Source: Thermomicrobiales bacterium
GTDB taxonomy: Bacteria > Chloroflexota > Chloroflexia > Thermomicrobiales > UBA6265
Length of the DNA: 64,000 bases
Direction: 5' to 3'
NCBI GenBank assembly: GCA_035944555.1
Contig: DASZAY010000009.1
Location: 6,908-70,907, forward strand
Under the pieces are notes generated by a model. It worked only from the letters and a program-made list of their open reading frames with translations, did no database searches and was not told the DNA's origin. A program made the position numbers and the translations under genes. This document shows positions 29,075 through 38,620 of the stretch, piece after piece (within the stretch, counting starts at the first letter, position 1; every line of letters starts with the position of its first letter).

Positions 29075-31165
29075 ATGCCGTCCCGGTACCCCCGCTGGCT
29101 GTTCGGTCTCGTCCTCGCCCTGACCCTGTTCGGGCCCGTCCCGCTCGCCGCTGTGACGGCCCAGACACCGGAGGCCGGTACGCCGCAAGCCGGCACGCCC
29201 ACCATCCCCGCAGGACGCGGCATCGACCTCGACAACATGGACCTGTCCGTCGATCCGACAGAGGACTTCTACCGGTTCGCCAATGGCGGATGGCTGGACA
29301 GTGTCGAGCTGGAAGCGGACCAGGCGTCGTACGGCGTCTTCGACGAGTTGGCGGACCTGACCAACGAGCAGCTGCTTGGCGTCCTGTCCGACCTCGCCGC
29401 CGACGAGTCGGTGATCGCCGGAACGGACGAATGGACGGTCGCCCGGGTCTACGAGCAGGGACTCGACAAGGAGGCAAGGGACGCCGCCGGGATCGACCCG
29501 GTCCGTCCCATCCTGAACGAGATCGCCGGGATCGAGACCGTCGAAGACGCCGGAGCGTTCCAGCACACGGTCAGCCTCTACAACCTCGGCGGTCTGCTGA
29601 GCCTCTACGTCGGACAGAACCCGTTCGACAGCTCCGAGTACATCGTCTATGCGAACAGCCCATACCTCGGGCTGGGCGACCCCGGGTACTACACCGAGGA
29701 CGAGTCGCTTGAGCCGATCCAGGCCGCGTACCGTCAGTCGGTGGCCGGGATGCTGGTGATCACCGGCATGGACGAAGCCGAGGCGTCGGCCATGGCCGAA
29801 GAGGTGTATACCTTCGAGGCGACCATCGCCGGGCAGCTCTACACGCCTGAGGAGTCGCAGAACCAGGCTGACGTACTCGAGGAACTCACGGTCGAGGAGA
29901 TGGCCGAGGCCGTCCCGTTCATCGACTGGGACAGCTTCCTCACCGGACTTGGGCTGAACGAGGTCGACCGCCTGACCGTCTATGAGGGCCGGCAACTGCG
30001 GGAACTGGACACGCTCGTCCGAGAGACCGACGTCGCCGTCCTCCGCGCCTTCATGGCGTCCGAGGTGATGTTCGCCTACGCTCCGTTCCTCGACGCGACG
30101 ACCTATGAGGTGTACTTCGACTTATTTGGACGGACACTGAGCGGTGTCGAGTCGCCGACGCCGAACGAGGAGCGCGTCACCAACAACCTCAGCGCGGTCT
30201 ATGGCGACGTGGTGGGAGAGCGGTACGTCGCCGAGTACTTCCCGCCCGAAGCCAAGGAGCAGATCGAGGCGCTGGTCGACGACGTGATCGCCGCCTTCCG
30301 GGTCCGCCTGGAGAACAACCCCTGGATCAGCGACGAGGCGCGCGAGGAGGCACTGGCCAAGCTCGACGCCATCGTCGTCAAGGTCGGCTACCCCGACCAG
30401 TTCCGGACCTACGAGAACTACGGGATCGGTCGGAACTACGGCGAGAGCATGGTCGCGGCCGAGTACGCGTTCTACCGCGAGAACTTCGCGCTCTACGGGA
30501 CCGAGGTCGACCGGACGCAGTGGTTCGCGACCGCGCAGACGGTCAACGCTTACTACGGTGGCGCGAACAACGAGATCGTCTTCCCGGCGGCGATCCTGCA
30601 GACGCCGTTTTTCGACTACGAAGCCGATCTCGCGGTCAACTACGGCGCAATCGGCATGGTCATCGGCCATGAGATCACGCACGCCTTCGACCGCAACGGC
30701 TCCCAGCGGGACCGGAATGGCAACCTCAACAGCTGGTACACCGACGAGGACGCCGAGGCGTTCGACGAGCTCAACCAGGGCGTGATCGACCAGTACAGCG
30801 CCATCGAGGTAGCGCCGGATCTGTTCGTCAACGGCGACCAGACCGTCACCGAGAACACCGCTGACCTCGGCGGCATGCAGACCGCCTGGGATGCCCTGCA
30901 AATCGCGCTCGAGGAGAACGGCGATCCCGGCGAGATCGACGGGTTCACCCAGTCCGAGCGGTTCTTTATCGCGCAGGCGACGGTCTGGCGCGAAGTCGAA
31001 CGTCCGGAATCCTTGGAGCGGCAGGTCCTGACCGGCGTCCACGCGCCGGGCGTCGTCCGGGGCGTGCAGCCGTCGCGCAACATGGACAAGTTCTTTGAGA
31101 CGTTCGACATCTCCGAGGGCGACGCCATGTGGCTCCCCGAGGACGAGCGGATCACGGTCTGGTAG
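29075..31165 (+). CDS. M13 family metallopeptidase (neprilysin/PepO-like), secreted
   Basis: HEITHAFD zinc motif, NAYY and TENTADLGG. Signal peptide WLFGLVLALTLFGPVPLAAVTA. ATG 29075 has AGGAG upstream. Confidence 0.9.
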   Translation: MPSRYPRWLFGLVLALTLFGPVPLAAVTAQTPEAGTPQAGTPTIPAGRGIDLDNMDLSVDPTEDFYRFANGGWLDSVELEADQASYGVFDELADLTNEQLLGVLSDLAADESVIAGTDEWTVARVYEQGLDKEARDAAGIDPVRPILNEIAGIETVEDAGAFQHTVSLYNLGGLLSLYVGQNPFDSSEYIVYANSPYLGLGDPGYYTEDESLEPIQAAYRQSVAGMLVITGMDEAEASAMAEEVYTFEATIAGQLYTPEESQNQADVLEELTVEEMAEAVPFIDWDSFLTGLGLNEVDRLTVYEGRQLRELDTLVRETDVAVLRAFMASEVMFAYAPFLDATTYEVYFDLFGRTLSGVESPTPNEERVTNNLSAVYGDVVGERYVAEYFPPEAKEQIEALVDDVIAAFRVRLENNPWISDEAREEALAKLDAIVVKVGYPDQFRTYENYGIGRNYGESMVAAEYAFYRENFALYGTEVDRTQWFATAQTVNAYYGGANNEIVFPAAILQTPFFDYEADLAVNYGAIGMVIGHEITHAFDRNGSQRDRNGNLNSWYTDEDAEAFDELNQGVIDQYSAIEVAPDLFVNGDQTVTENTADLGGMQTAWDALQIALEENGDPGEIDGFTQSERFFIAQATVWREVERPESLERQVLTGVHAPGVVRGVQPSRNMDKFFETFDISEGDAMWLPEDERITVW

Positions 31166-31214
31166 ACAGGGGGATCAGTCCCCGTCACACCGATCACGAG
31201 CGATACGGACCAGC

Positions 31215-31246
31215 GACGGCCCCCGCGAATCATCCCGGGGGCCGTC
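31215..31246. terminator. hairpin between convergent M13 peptidase and downstream minus-strand gene
   Basis: GACGGCCCCCG-N10-CGGGGGCCGUC, an 11-bp stem. Confidence 0.5.
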
Positions 31247-31275
31247 GCGTTCACCGGATTGGACTTTGAAGCCGG

Positions 31276-31785
31276 TCAATCCTCGAAGACGGACCAGCAG
31301 ATCTCGTTGCGCAGGCGCTGGTCGTCCAGTACGAGTTCGCGGATCGACGCGGGAAGCTGATCGCGTTGCCACCGGCACTCGTCCCGCCCGGCTTCCCCGT
31401 TCCCGGGCGCCGCGGCACGGGCAGCCTTAATCGCGTAGGCCGCCGCGCCGAGCTCGTGGGCGGCGACATGCGCGACGGCGGCAGCCTGAGCGGCGGCGTA
31501 CGCGGCGAACCGTGGCGCCCCGGCTAGGTCACGCGCCGCGCCGTTGGCGTGGCCGGCGGCCGTGCGGGCCTCGGTCATGGTCACCTCGCCGCGTGCCCAG
31601 GCGCGGGCCATCTCGATCGCGTGGGATGGTCGCGGGTCGTCCGGCCGGACTGTGGAGAACAGATCGAGGACGTGTTCCGCGCTGGTCGCGGCCCACAGGG
31701 CGAGGAGCCGGTGATCGTCGTCCGTGAGGGATCCGCCGCGGCGAATCGTCACGAAGCGCGGATCCCGGACGCTGGGCAGGATCAC
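31276..31785 (-). CDS. hypothetical protein; resembles the Ala-rich helical family often annotated as putative immunity protein or mis-annotated as SbcC
   Basis: RRGGSLTDDDHRLLALWAATSAEHVL...RPSHAIEMARAWARGE...AAVAHVAAHELGAAAYAIKA. The family assignment is from memory only. Confidence 0.55.
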   Translation of the reverse strand: MILPSVRDPRFVTIRRGGSLTDDDHRLLALWAATSAEHVLDLFSTVRPDDPRPSHAIEMARAWARGEVTMTEARTAAGHANGAARDLAGAPRFAAYAAAQAAAVAHVAAHELGAAAYAIKAARAAAPGNGEAGRDECRWQRDQLPASIRELVLDDQRLRNEICWSVFED

Positions 31786-31819
31786 CCGAGGTGTCCCTTC
31801 CGTTCAGATCAGACAGGCG

Positions 31820-32680
31820 TCAGCTCCGCTGTGCTAGGCGTGGCGGCCGGGTTGGTGTCGCGTTGGGGCGGATCTGGTAGTTGAACTTGGTCCGCACCGC
31901 CTCGAAGAAGTTCTGCGACTTGAAGATGATCAGCCGAAACCGGTTGCGTCCCAGCCGGACGTGGATGACGTCATCCTGCTGCAGCACTCGAGACGGCCGC
32001 CCGTCGAGGATCAACTGGGCATCGTGCTGGTTGGTAAGCAGGAGTTCGATCTCCGTGTCCTCGGCGACGATGATCGGGGTGCGGATTGGAGAGTGGCAGG
32101 AGATCGGGACGATCGCGAAGCCCCGGACGCCGCCGGTCAGGATCGGGCCGCCGGCCGCCATGCAGTAGGCCGTGCTGCCGTGAGCCGTCGAGACGATCAT
32201 GCCGTCCCCGGGATACGTGTTGACGAAGTGGCCGTCGACGTAGACCTCGACGTCGACCATCCGGAGGCCGCTCCGGATCACCACATCGTTGATCGCCCAG
32301 CCCTCGTCGCTGAGGTCGCCATTCCGCAGGAGCGAGGCAGCCAGCGTCGACCCCTCCTCGACCTGGAACTGGCCGGAGACGAAGGCTCCCAGTGCCTCCC
32401 GCCAGTCGCGCTGCTCGACCGAGGCGAGGAAGCCGACCTTGCCGAAGTTGATCCCGAGGATCGGGATGTTGGGGTAGCGGTTGGCGCAGCGCATCATCAG
32501 CCCGTCGCCCCCGAGCACGATGATGGCTTCCAGCAGGCCGAAGTGGCCGCGGTTGAGCGTCGCCTCGTCGACGATCGCGTAGTCGTGCTCTCGCAGGAAC
32601 GTTTGGATGTCGTCGGCCAGGCCGGCCGCGCTCTGCTTGCTCTCCGCAACGACGAAGCCGACAGCGTGTTGGGTTGGCAT
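31820..32680 (-). CDS. nadK: NAD(+) kinase
   Basis: GGDGLMMRCANRY, ILGINFGKVGFL, NDVVI and TAYCMAAGGPI motifs. The start was set at the second ATG (about 32680), with GGAG 8 nt upstream. Confidence 0.9.
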   Translation of the reverse strand: MPTQHAVGFVVAESKQSAAGLADDIQTFLREHDYAIVDEATLNRGHFGLLEAIIVLGGDGLMMRCANRYPNIPILGINFGKVGFLASVEQRDWREALGAFVSGQFQVEEGSTLAASLLRNGDLSDEGWAINDVVIRSGLRMVDVEVYVDGHFVNTYPGDGMIVSTAHGSTAYCMAAGGPILTGGVRGFAIVPISCHSPIRTPIIVAEDTEIELLLTNQHDAQLILDGRPSRVLQQDDVIHVRLGRNRFRLIIFKSQNFFEAVRTKFNYQIRPNATPTRPPRLAQRS

Positions 32681-32729
32681 CAGTGATTCTCCGGTCATGC
32701 TGGGAGTGTTGGAGTCGGCGGCTTCGGTA

Positions 32730-33434
32730 TCAGGACTGACTGTTGGACCAGGTCGGGGTGAGATAGCGCCCCTGGTCCTCCTCGGAATCGAACCGGTAGA
32801 GGGCCGCCGGCCGATGACTGCCGTCGCGGCGCTGCCCGTCAGTCTGGGTCAGGATGCCGGTCGCGAGCATACGCCGCCGGAAGTTGCGCTTGTCGAGGGG
32901 CTGGCCGAGGATCGTCTCATAGACATCCTGGAGTTCCCGCATCGTGAACGATTCGGTGAGCAGGTAGCGCCCGATGCTGGTGTACCCGAGCTTGGCCCGC
33001 AATCGCACCAGCGCGTAATCGATGACCTGGCGGTCGATCCGCGAGATGGTCGGAAGATCCGTCACCGGCACCCAGTCGGCACCTGGGGGCAGGGCCGGGA
33101 CGCCGTCCGGTCGCGGAGAGATCAGGGCCATCCAGGCGACCACCAGCTTCCACGATCCACGCGAGGACTGGTCGACACTGATCGTGTAAAGCTGCTCCAG
33201 GTATTGCTCGGCGATGCCGGTCGTCCGGCGGGCGATGGCCGACGCCGTTCGGTCGAGCTCGGTGCCGAAATCCGGTCGACCCCGGGGGAGCCCACGGGCG
33301 AAGGCGGTCCCTGAATCGGGCTCCCGGTCGGCCATCACGACCAGCAGCCGGTCACCGTCGCGGGTCAGGGCCACCACGCGAAGGTCGATCTCCGGGCCGG
33401 TGGCCGGGGCTGGAGGAGCGTCAGGGGCTGTCAT
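32730..33434 (-). CDS. NrtR-like regulator (degenerate Nudix domain plus C-terminal winged helix)
   Basis: C-terminal FTMRELQDVYETILGQPLDKRNFRRRMLATGIL...RPAALYRF is characteristic of NrtR. The Nudix box has lost its catalytic glutamates (ARRTTGI). The gene sits directly upstream of nadK. Confidence 0.7.
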   Translation of the reverse strand: MTAPDAPPAPATGPEIDLRVVALTRDGDRLLVVMADREPDSGTAFARGLPRGRPDFGTELDRTASAIARRTTGIAEQYLEQLYTISVDQSSRGSWKLVVAWMALISPRPDGVPALPPGADWVPVTDLPTISRIDRQVIDYALVRLRAKLGYTSIGRYLLTESFTMRELQDVYETILGQPLDKRNFRRRMLATGILTQTDGQRRDGSHRPAALYRFDSEEDQGRYLTPTWSNSQS

Positions 33435-33553
33435 GGCCGTCGGACCTCCTCAGGGTAGCGGCGGCATTAAGTCGGATGAAGTGTACCCGCCGCCGTAGGC
33501 CCCGGTAGAATGAGGACGTTTGCCGGTCGGACGGGCTCACCCCGTCAACGCAG

Positions 33554-34210
33554 TTGGGAGCGATCATGGCCCGGGTCGATGTCGTCCGAGGAATCGAGGA
33601 GAGTGGGGTCGTGGCCGTCGTCCGGCTGGACGACCTGAGCGATGCCGTCAACGTGGCGAAGGCCCTCGCGGCTGGCGGCGTACGGGGCGTGGAGTACACC
33701 TTCACCAACCCGAAGGCGGCCGAAGCGATCGCCGCGGCACGGGAGGTCCTCGGTGACGAGGTGCTCGTCGGCGCCGGAAGCGTCCTCGATGGGGAGACGG
33801 CCCGGATCGCCATCCTCGCCGGCGCCCAGTTCGTCGTCACGCCGACGACCCGAGTCGAGACGATCCAGCTCTGCACCCGCTACGCCATCCCGGTGATGAG
33901 CGGTGCCTTCACGCCGACCGAGATCCTGACCGCGTGGGAGGCCGGGGCCTCGATGGTCAAGGTCTTCCCGGCGTCGGTCGGCGGTCCCGGCTATCTCAAG
34001 GACGTCCTCGGGCCGCTCCCGCAGATCAAGCTGATCCCGACCGGCGGTGTCTCGGCCGACAACGCTGGCGCGTTCATCGCCGCGGGCGCGCGGGCAGTCG
34101 CGCTCGGCTCATCGCTCGTCGATCCGAAGCTGGTCGCCGCCGGGGCGTGGTCAGAGTTGACGGCCCGCGCGCAGGCCGTCAGTGACGCCGTGGCGGCCGC
34201 CCGCTCGTAG
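33554..34210 (+). CDS. eda: KDPG/KHG aldolase (2-dehydro-3-deoxyphosphogluconate / 4-hydroxy-2-oxoglutarate aldolase)
   Basis: VVAVVRLDD...GVRGVEYTFTNP...GAGSVLD...VKVFPAS...LIPTGGVS pattern. Confidence 0.85.
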   Translation: MGAIMARVDVVRGIEESGVVAVVRLDDLSDAVNVAKALAAGGVRGVEYTFTNPKAAEAIAAAREVLGDEVLVGAGSVLDGETARIAILAGAQFVVTPTTRVETIQLCTRYAIPVMSGAFTPTEILTAWEAGASMVKVFPASVGGPGYLKDVLGPLPQIKLIPTGGVSADNAGAFIAAGARAVALGSSLVDPKLVAAGAWSELTARAQAVSDAVAAARS

Positions 34211-34233
34211 CGATCGAACATCGGCTATCTCAG

Positions 34234-34267
34234 AACGGCCCCTCCCGGCAGACCGGGAGGGGCCGTT
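34234..34267. terminator. bidirectional hairpin between convergent eda and resA
   Basis: AACGGCCCCUCCCGG-CAGA-CCGGGAGGGGCCGUU, a 15-bp perfect stem. Confidence 0.65.
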
Positions 34268-34335
34268 GCGTTCACTCGACCTTCGCTTGTCGTGGGGTAT
34301 GGGAGGGGGAGGTCACCAGGAGGGCGACCCGAGGT

Positions 34336-35055
34336 CTACGCGAGCGTGAGGTCTTCCCGGCGGATCGCCACGGTAATCTCCTCAGTCAGGCTTGCCATCG
34401 CCGTCGACCAGTCGCCCGCGAGGAGCCACTCGCCCCGCTCGATCAGGTCGTCCGCCTTGCCCGGCGCCGTCGAGATGTAGCGAACGACGCCGTCACGGTC
34501 GATGTACATGTGGGTCGGGAAGTTCCGCGTGTCCCAGGTCGAGCCGAAGATCGTCAGGTCCGGGATGTTGTAGACCGGGAACGTCGCGCCGTTGGCATCG
34601 GCGAATGTTTTGGACTGGTCCCACGTCTCCTTGGCGCTGATCGCGAGCAGGACCACGCCCTGCGGCTCGAGCGCCCGGTAGGCCGCTTCGATCTCCGGGA
34701 ACTCCGCCTGGCACGGCGGACACCAACTGCCCCAGAAGTTGATCCAGACCGGTTGTCCCCGGTACTGGCTCAGGAAGGACGTCTGCCCGTTCGCGCCGAG
34801 GAACCCCAGGGTCGGGGCCTGCTCGCCGACCTTGGGCAGGTACTGCCGCGAGATACCACCCGTCCCGATGTCGGCCATGCCGAGTCGTCCACCGGCCAGC
34901 CAGGCGCCGGCGACGATCGCGACCGCCAGGACGAGGCTCACGACGACCTGCGTCCGGGAGAGGACGCGGCCCTTGGGAACAGTCAGTTCGTCGAGACGAA
35001 CCTCTTCCCGCGTCATGGGGCGGTTCGGGGTCGATTCAGGGCGCTGGGCGGGCAT
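34336..35055 (-). CDS. resA: thiol:disulfide oxidoreductase, TlpA/ResA family (cytochrome c maturation)
   Basis: N-terminal TM anchor and a thioredoxin fold with WCPPCQAEFPE. It is the last gene of the ccdA-resB-ccsA cluster. Confidence 0.8.
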   Translation of the reverse strand: MPAQRPESTPNRPMTREEVRLDELTVPKGRVLSRTQVVVSLVLAVAIVAGAWLAGGRLGMADIGTGGISRQYLPKVGEQAPTLGFLGANGQTSFLSQYRGQPVWINFWGSWCPPCQAEFPEIEAAYRALEPQGVVLLAISAKETWDQSKTFADANGATFPVYNIPDLTIFGSTWDTRNFPTHMYIDRDGVVRYISTAPGKADDLIERGEWLLAGDWSTAMASLTEEITVAIRREDLTLA

Positions 35056-35090
35056 CGGGTCGTCCGTCGAGGGTCAGGCGCTGGGTACGC

Positions 35091-35996
35091 CTAGACTCCG
35101 CCGTAGGCGTGCAGGCCGTCGAAGAGGTAGTTGCCGTAGTAGACGAACAGCATGGCGAAGAAGCCGACGATCAGGATCCAGGCGCTGCCACGACCCCGGA
35201 TGCCACGCAGCGTCCGCGTATGCAGGTAGACCCCGTAGACCAGCCAGAGGAACAGCGCAGCCGTCTCCTTCGGGTCCCACTGCCAGTAGGCACCCCAGGC
35301 GTCGTTGGCCCAGATCGCGCCGAGGATCAGCGTCATGGTCAGCAGGGGGAATCCGATCGTCACCGACCGGTAGCCGAGGTCGTCGAGCAGGTCGGCGGAC
35401 GGCAGCCAGGTGAACCGCTTGCGCTCGCCGATCAGGTACAGCACGGCCGCGCCGAAGGCGACGGAGAACGCGGCGTAGGCGGCGATCGCCGAGCCGACGT
35501 GGAACCACATGATCGGGGCGCTCTGCAGCGCCGGGATCACCGGGTTGACCTCGCGCATCCACGCCGGAAGGGACCAGATGTACAGGGCCATCAGGAGCGC
35601 GACCGGGATGACGATGGCGCCGACCTGGCGGACCCGGTAGTAGCGCTCCATCAGCATGTAGATCAGCGCCAGGGCGAAGACGAAGATCAGGCTGAAGTCG
35701 TACATGTTGGTCGGGCCGTGGCGGGTGGCCGAGAACCGGAAGAGGACCGCCATACCCTGGAACAACACGGCGAACCAGCCGAGCGTCGTGGCGAACCGGC
35801 CGAACGCCAGCGGGGCCGGGCCGGTCCCGAGGCTGGTCACGCTCGACGTCATCCCTTGGCCACCGGCGGTCTGGACCTGACCGCGGGCGATGCGGAGAAA
35901 GCCCACGCCAAAGGCGATGTAGCAGATCGTTGCACCGATGAGGGCCAGGGTCGTCGCCGTGAAGAAGTAGAAGGACAGCCGGACGAGTGTGTCCAT
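35091..35996 (-). CDS. ccsA: cytochrome c biogenesis protein CcsA/ResC (System II heme handling)
   Basis: WWD-type motif WGAYWQWDPKETAAL in a polytopic membrane protein. Confidence 0.9.
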   Translation of the reverse strand: MDTLVRLSFYFFTATTLALIGATICYIAFGVGFLRIARGQVQTAGGQGMTSSVTSLGTGPAPLAFGRFATTLGWFAVLFQGMAVLFRFSATRHGPTNMYDFSLIFVFALALIYMLMERYYRVRQVGAIVIPVALLMALYIWSLPAWMREVNPVIPALQSAPIMWFHVGSAIAAYAAFSVAFGAAVLYLIGERKRFTWLPSADLLDDLGYRSVTIGFPLLTMTLILGAIWANDAWGAYWQWDPKETAALFLWLVYGVYLHTRTLRGIRGRGSAWILIVGFFAMLFVYYGNYLFDGLHAYGGV

Positions 35997-36131
35997 GGGC
36001 GCGGTCTCCGGATGATGTGATCGCCCGTGGGGCAGATGGTTCGGGGGCAGGACCGGTACCGGAAGTATACGTCCGGGCTCCCTGGGGCAACCGTCGCGCG
36101 GTGACCGGATGCCGGACGCCGGGCAGGGTCC

Positions 36132-37631
36132 TTAGGCGATCGACGCCGGCCCGGCCGAACGGTCGGGCTCGTCGCGAATGGTGACGGCGGTCCCGGTGGC
36201 GTCGCGGAAGGCCTCCAGGAGCAGGACGAAGTCGCGCTTGCCGCTCCAGTCCCTCCGGGCGAGCGGGGCGATCAGGAGGGCCGAGCGATTAGCCCCGACC
36301 GGCGAGACGATCGCGCGAATCCGGCGGTGCGGGAAGTAGAAGATGGCGATCAGCCCGCCGACTCCGAGCACTGCCGCGGCGCCAAACAGCCAGAGCGCCG
36401 GGTAATAGGCGATCTGCAGCACCGAATACGTTCCGTACCGCTGGAAGGTCACGACCAGGTCCCCGAAGTTCGTCGGCTGGTTCGGAGTGATCACGGCGGT
36501 CGGCGTCACGGTGCCGGGGAAGTCCGGCGATCGGGCCTGGATGTAGATCTCCTGCGACGCCAGCCCCATCGTGTCCAGTTCCGGCTGGTTCTCGGGGTCG
36601 CGGTCGGAGGCGATGATGTTCAGGGTGTAGTTGGTGCCGGGAACGGCCAGAAGGCCAGCCGGCGCGTCCGGGTTGTCGGACGCCTGGTACTCGCCCAGAG
36701 TCACCGCCCCGGTGTAGAGCTCGTTGCCGACCCGGTCGGTCACCAGCAGGGAGACGTTGTAGCCGAACCCTGACTGGTACAGCGTCACCCCGCCGGCTTC
36801 GAGCGGATGGTTGGGCTGGACCGAGCCACTGACCAGCTCGTCGTCGCCGTCGAAGACCGTCACGTCACTGCGGTATTCCGCCGGCGTGCCGTCCGCGTAA
36901 TAGACGTCGGTGAAGCGATTCAGCCGCACGCTGAGATCCGAGTCGTTGCCGACCGCAACCGTCTGCCCCTCGGCGACGACGAACTGGAGGTCCCGAAAGC
37001 CGAACTGGGTGACGAGGATCCCGCCGATGACCACCATGACCAGCGCGATGTGGAACGGGAACGTCCCGAGCTTGCCCCAGCGGTTGCGATCGGCGTAGAC
37101 ATGGACGTCCTCGCCGACCTGCTCGGTGACGACGCGATACCGGCGCCGCTTAAGCGTCTGCGTCAGGTCAGCGAGCAACGCCTGGACCGGCGTGTCGGCC
37201 TGCGTGGTGGCATGCGGGGCGGTCCCGCGGAGAAAGCCCCGTGTCGTCGTGATGGTCGGCCGGACGATCGTCGCCCACAGCCCCGGAATCCGGTTGAGCA
37301 TCCCGCCGATGATGATGCCGATGGCGATCATCGCCATCGTGGCGGCGTAGAGACCGGAGCCGAAGGTATTCCAGCCGTACCAGGCGTCGACCAGTGGCTG
37401 CAGAGCGGGGACGGCTTCGCCGATGTGCTCCGGTACGACACTCCCGCGGAGCGTGCCGATCAGCGTGAGCAGCGTCAGGAACCCGATCATCCAGATCGCG
37501 ACGCGGACGGAGGCGAAGAATCGCCAGACCGACCCGACGATCAGATCGAATGGGCCCTCGGCGGCGCGTCGCCTGGCGCGGGTGGGGCGGTCGCCGGTGG
37601 TCGGGGTGGGCTGGTTGGGAACGTCGACCAC
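36132..37631 (-). CDS. resB: cytochrome c biogenesis protein ResB/Ccs1
   Basis: N-terminal TM region FFASVRVAIWMIGFLTLLTLIGTL, a large soluble domain and a C-terminal TM segment. The start was set at GTG 37631 with GGAG 7 nt upstream, which avoids a 176-nt overlap with ccdA. Confidence 0.8.
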   Translation of the reverse strand: MVDVPNQPTPTTGDRPTRARRRAAEGPFDLIVGSVWRFFASVRVAIWMIGFLTLLTLIGTLRGSVVPEHIGEAVPALQPLVDAWYGWNTFGSGLYAATMAMIAIGIIIGGMLNRIPGLWATIVRPTITTTRGFLRGTAPHATTQADTPVQALLADLTQTLKRRRYRVVTEQVGEDVHVYADRNRWGKLGTFPFHIALVMVVIGGILVTQFGFRDLQFVVAEGQTVAVGNDSDLSVRLNRFTDVYYADGTPAEYRSDVTVFDGDDELVSGSVQPNHPLEAGGVTLYQSGFGYNVSLLVTDRVGNELYTGAVTLGEYQASDNPDAPAGLLAVPGTNYTLNIIASDRDPENQPELDTMGLASQEIYIQARSPDFPGTVTPTAVITPNQPTNFGDLVVTFQRYGTYSVLQIAYYPALWLFGAAAVLGVGGLIAIFYFPHRRIRAIVSPVGANRSALLIAPLARRDWSGKRDFVLLLEAFRDATGTAVTIRDEPDRSAGPASIA

Positions 37632-37683
37632 GGGCGGTCTCCGGGTGAAGTCGTGGCTGCGACGGAGGTGCGAATGGGGCTGG

Positions 37684-38442
37684 TTAGACGGTCGGTTCCC
37701 AGGGCAGCCATGGGGCCGCGCGAACGATCTCGACGAAGAGTCGCTCGTAGATCCCGAGCAGCATGATCGCCCCGACGCCGAGCATGATCGCGCCACTGAC
37801 GGCGACGACCAAGCCCATCCGCCGGTTGATGGCCCGGATGACGGACTGGGACGAGCCAAACGTCGCGGCGATCAGCAGGAACGGGACGCCCAGTCCGAGA
37901 CTGTAGACGACCAGTAGCCAGGCAGCCCGCCCGACATCGCCCGACGAGGCGGCCATGGTCAGGATGATTCCCAGGATCGGCCCGACGCACGGGGACCAGC
38001 CGGCACCGAACGCCAGCCCGATCATGAACGAGGACCCAACGCCGGCCGCCTGCTGGCCCGAAACGGTCCCGGTCTCGATCTGGCGCGTCCGGTCCAGGAA
38101 CGGGATCCGGATCAGGCCGATCTGACGGAGGCCAATCAGGATCAGGAGAGCACCGCCGATCCGGACCAGCCATTGCCGGTACTCCACCACGACATCGGCC
38201 GTCGCGACCAGCGACCCGCCTGCCCCGAGCGCCACTCCCAGCAGGACGAAGACGACCGAGAAGCCGCCGATGTAAGCGAGGGCATTGGCGATAATCGGCC
38301 CTCGGGCGACCGCGACATCCGGTGTGGCGGAGACCCCGGCGATCCGGGCGAGAAAGACCGGCACCAGCGGCAGCACGCAGGGCGAGGTGAACGAGAAGAG
38401 TCCCGCGACGAGAGCGGCAAGCCACGTTACGTCATCTGGCAT
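37684..38442 (-). CDS. ccdA: cytochrome c biogenesis thiol-reductant transporter CcdA (DsbD family)
   Basis: FTSPCVLPLVP and GWSPCVGPILG cysteine motifs in a 6-TM protein. Confidence 0.9.
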   Translation of the reverse strand: MPDDVTWLAALVAGLFSFTSPCVLPLVPVFLARIAGVSATPDVAVARGPIIANALAYIGGFSVVFVLLGVALGAGGSLVATADVVVEYRQWLVRIGGALLILIGLRQIGLIRIPFLDRTRQIETGTVSGQQAAGVGSSFMIGLAFGAGWSPCVGPILGIILTMAASSGDVGRAAWLLVVYSLGLGVPFLLIAATFGSSQSVIRAINRRMGLVVAVSGAIMLGVGAIMLLGIYERLFVEIVRAAPWLPWEPTV

Positions 38443-38620
38443 GTGCGAACGGTAGTGCGTGGATAGGGGAAGGTCAATCTCTCATTGGAGGCCCGTAGGG
38501 ACGCCGCGGCACCCATGCCTGACGCCCGTCCGGTATCGGGCGAATGACCGCAGAGGACAGCCAGATCGGGTAAAATGATAGACATAAACGTAGTACGAAA
38601 ACACCCCTGACGGAGGACGA

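Noticed and set aside
36132-37859. Long version of resB starting at 37859
   Set aside because: It would overlap ccdA by 176 nt in another frame. GTG 37631 with GGAG upstream gives the normal ResB N-terminus.
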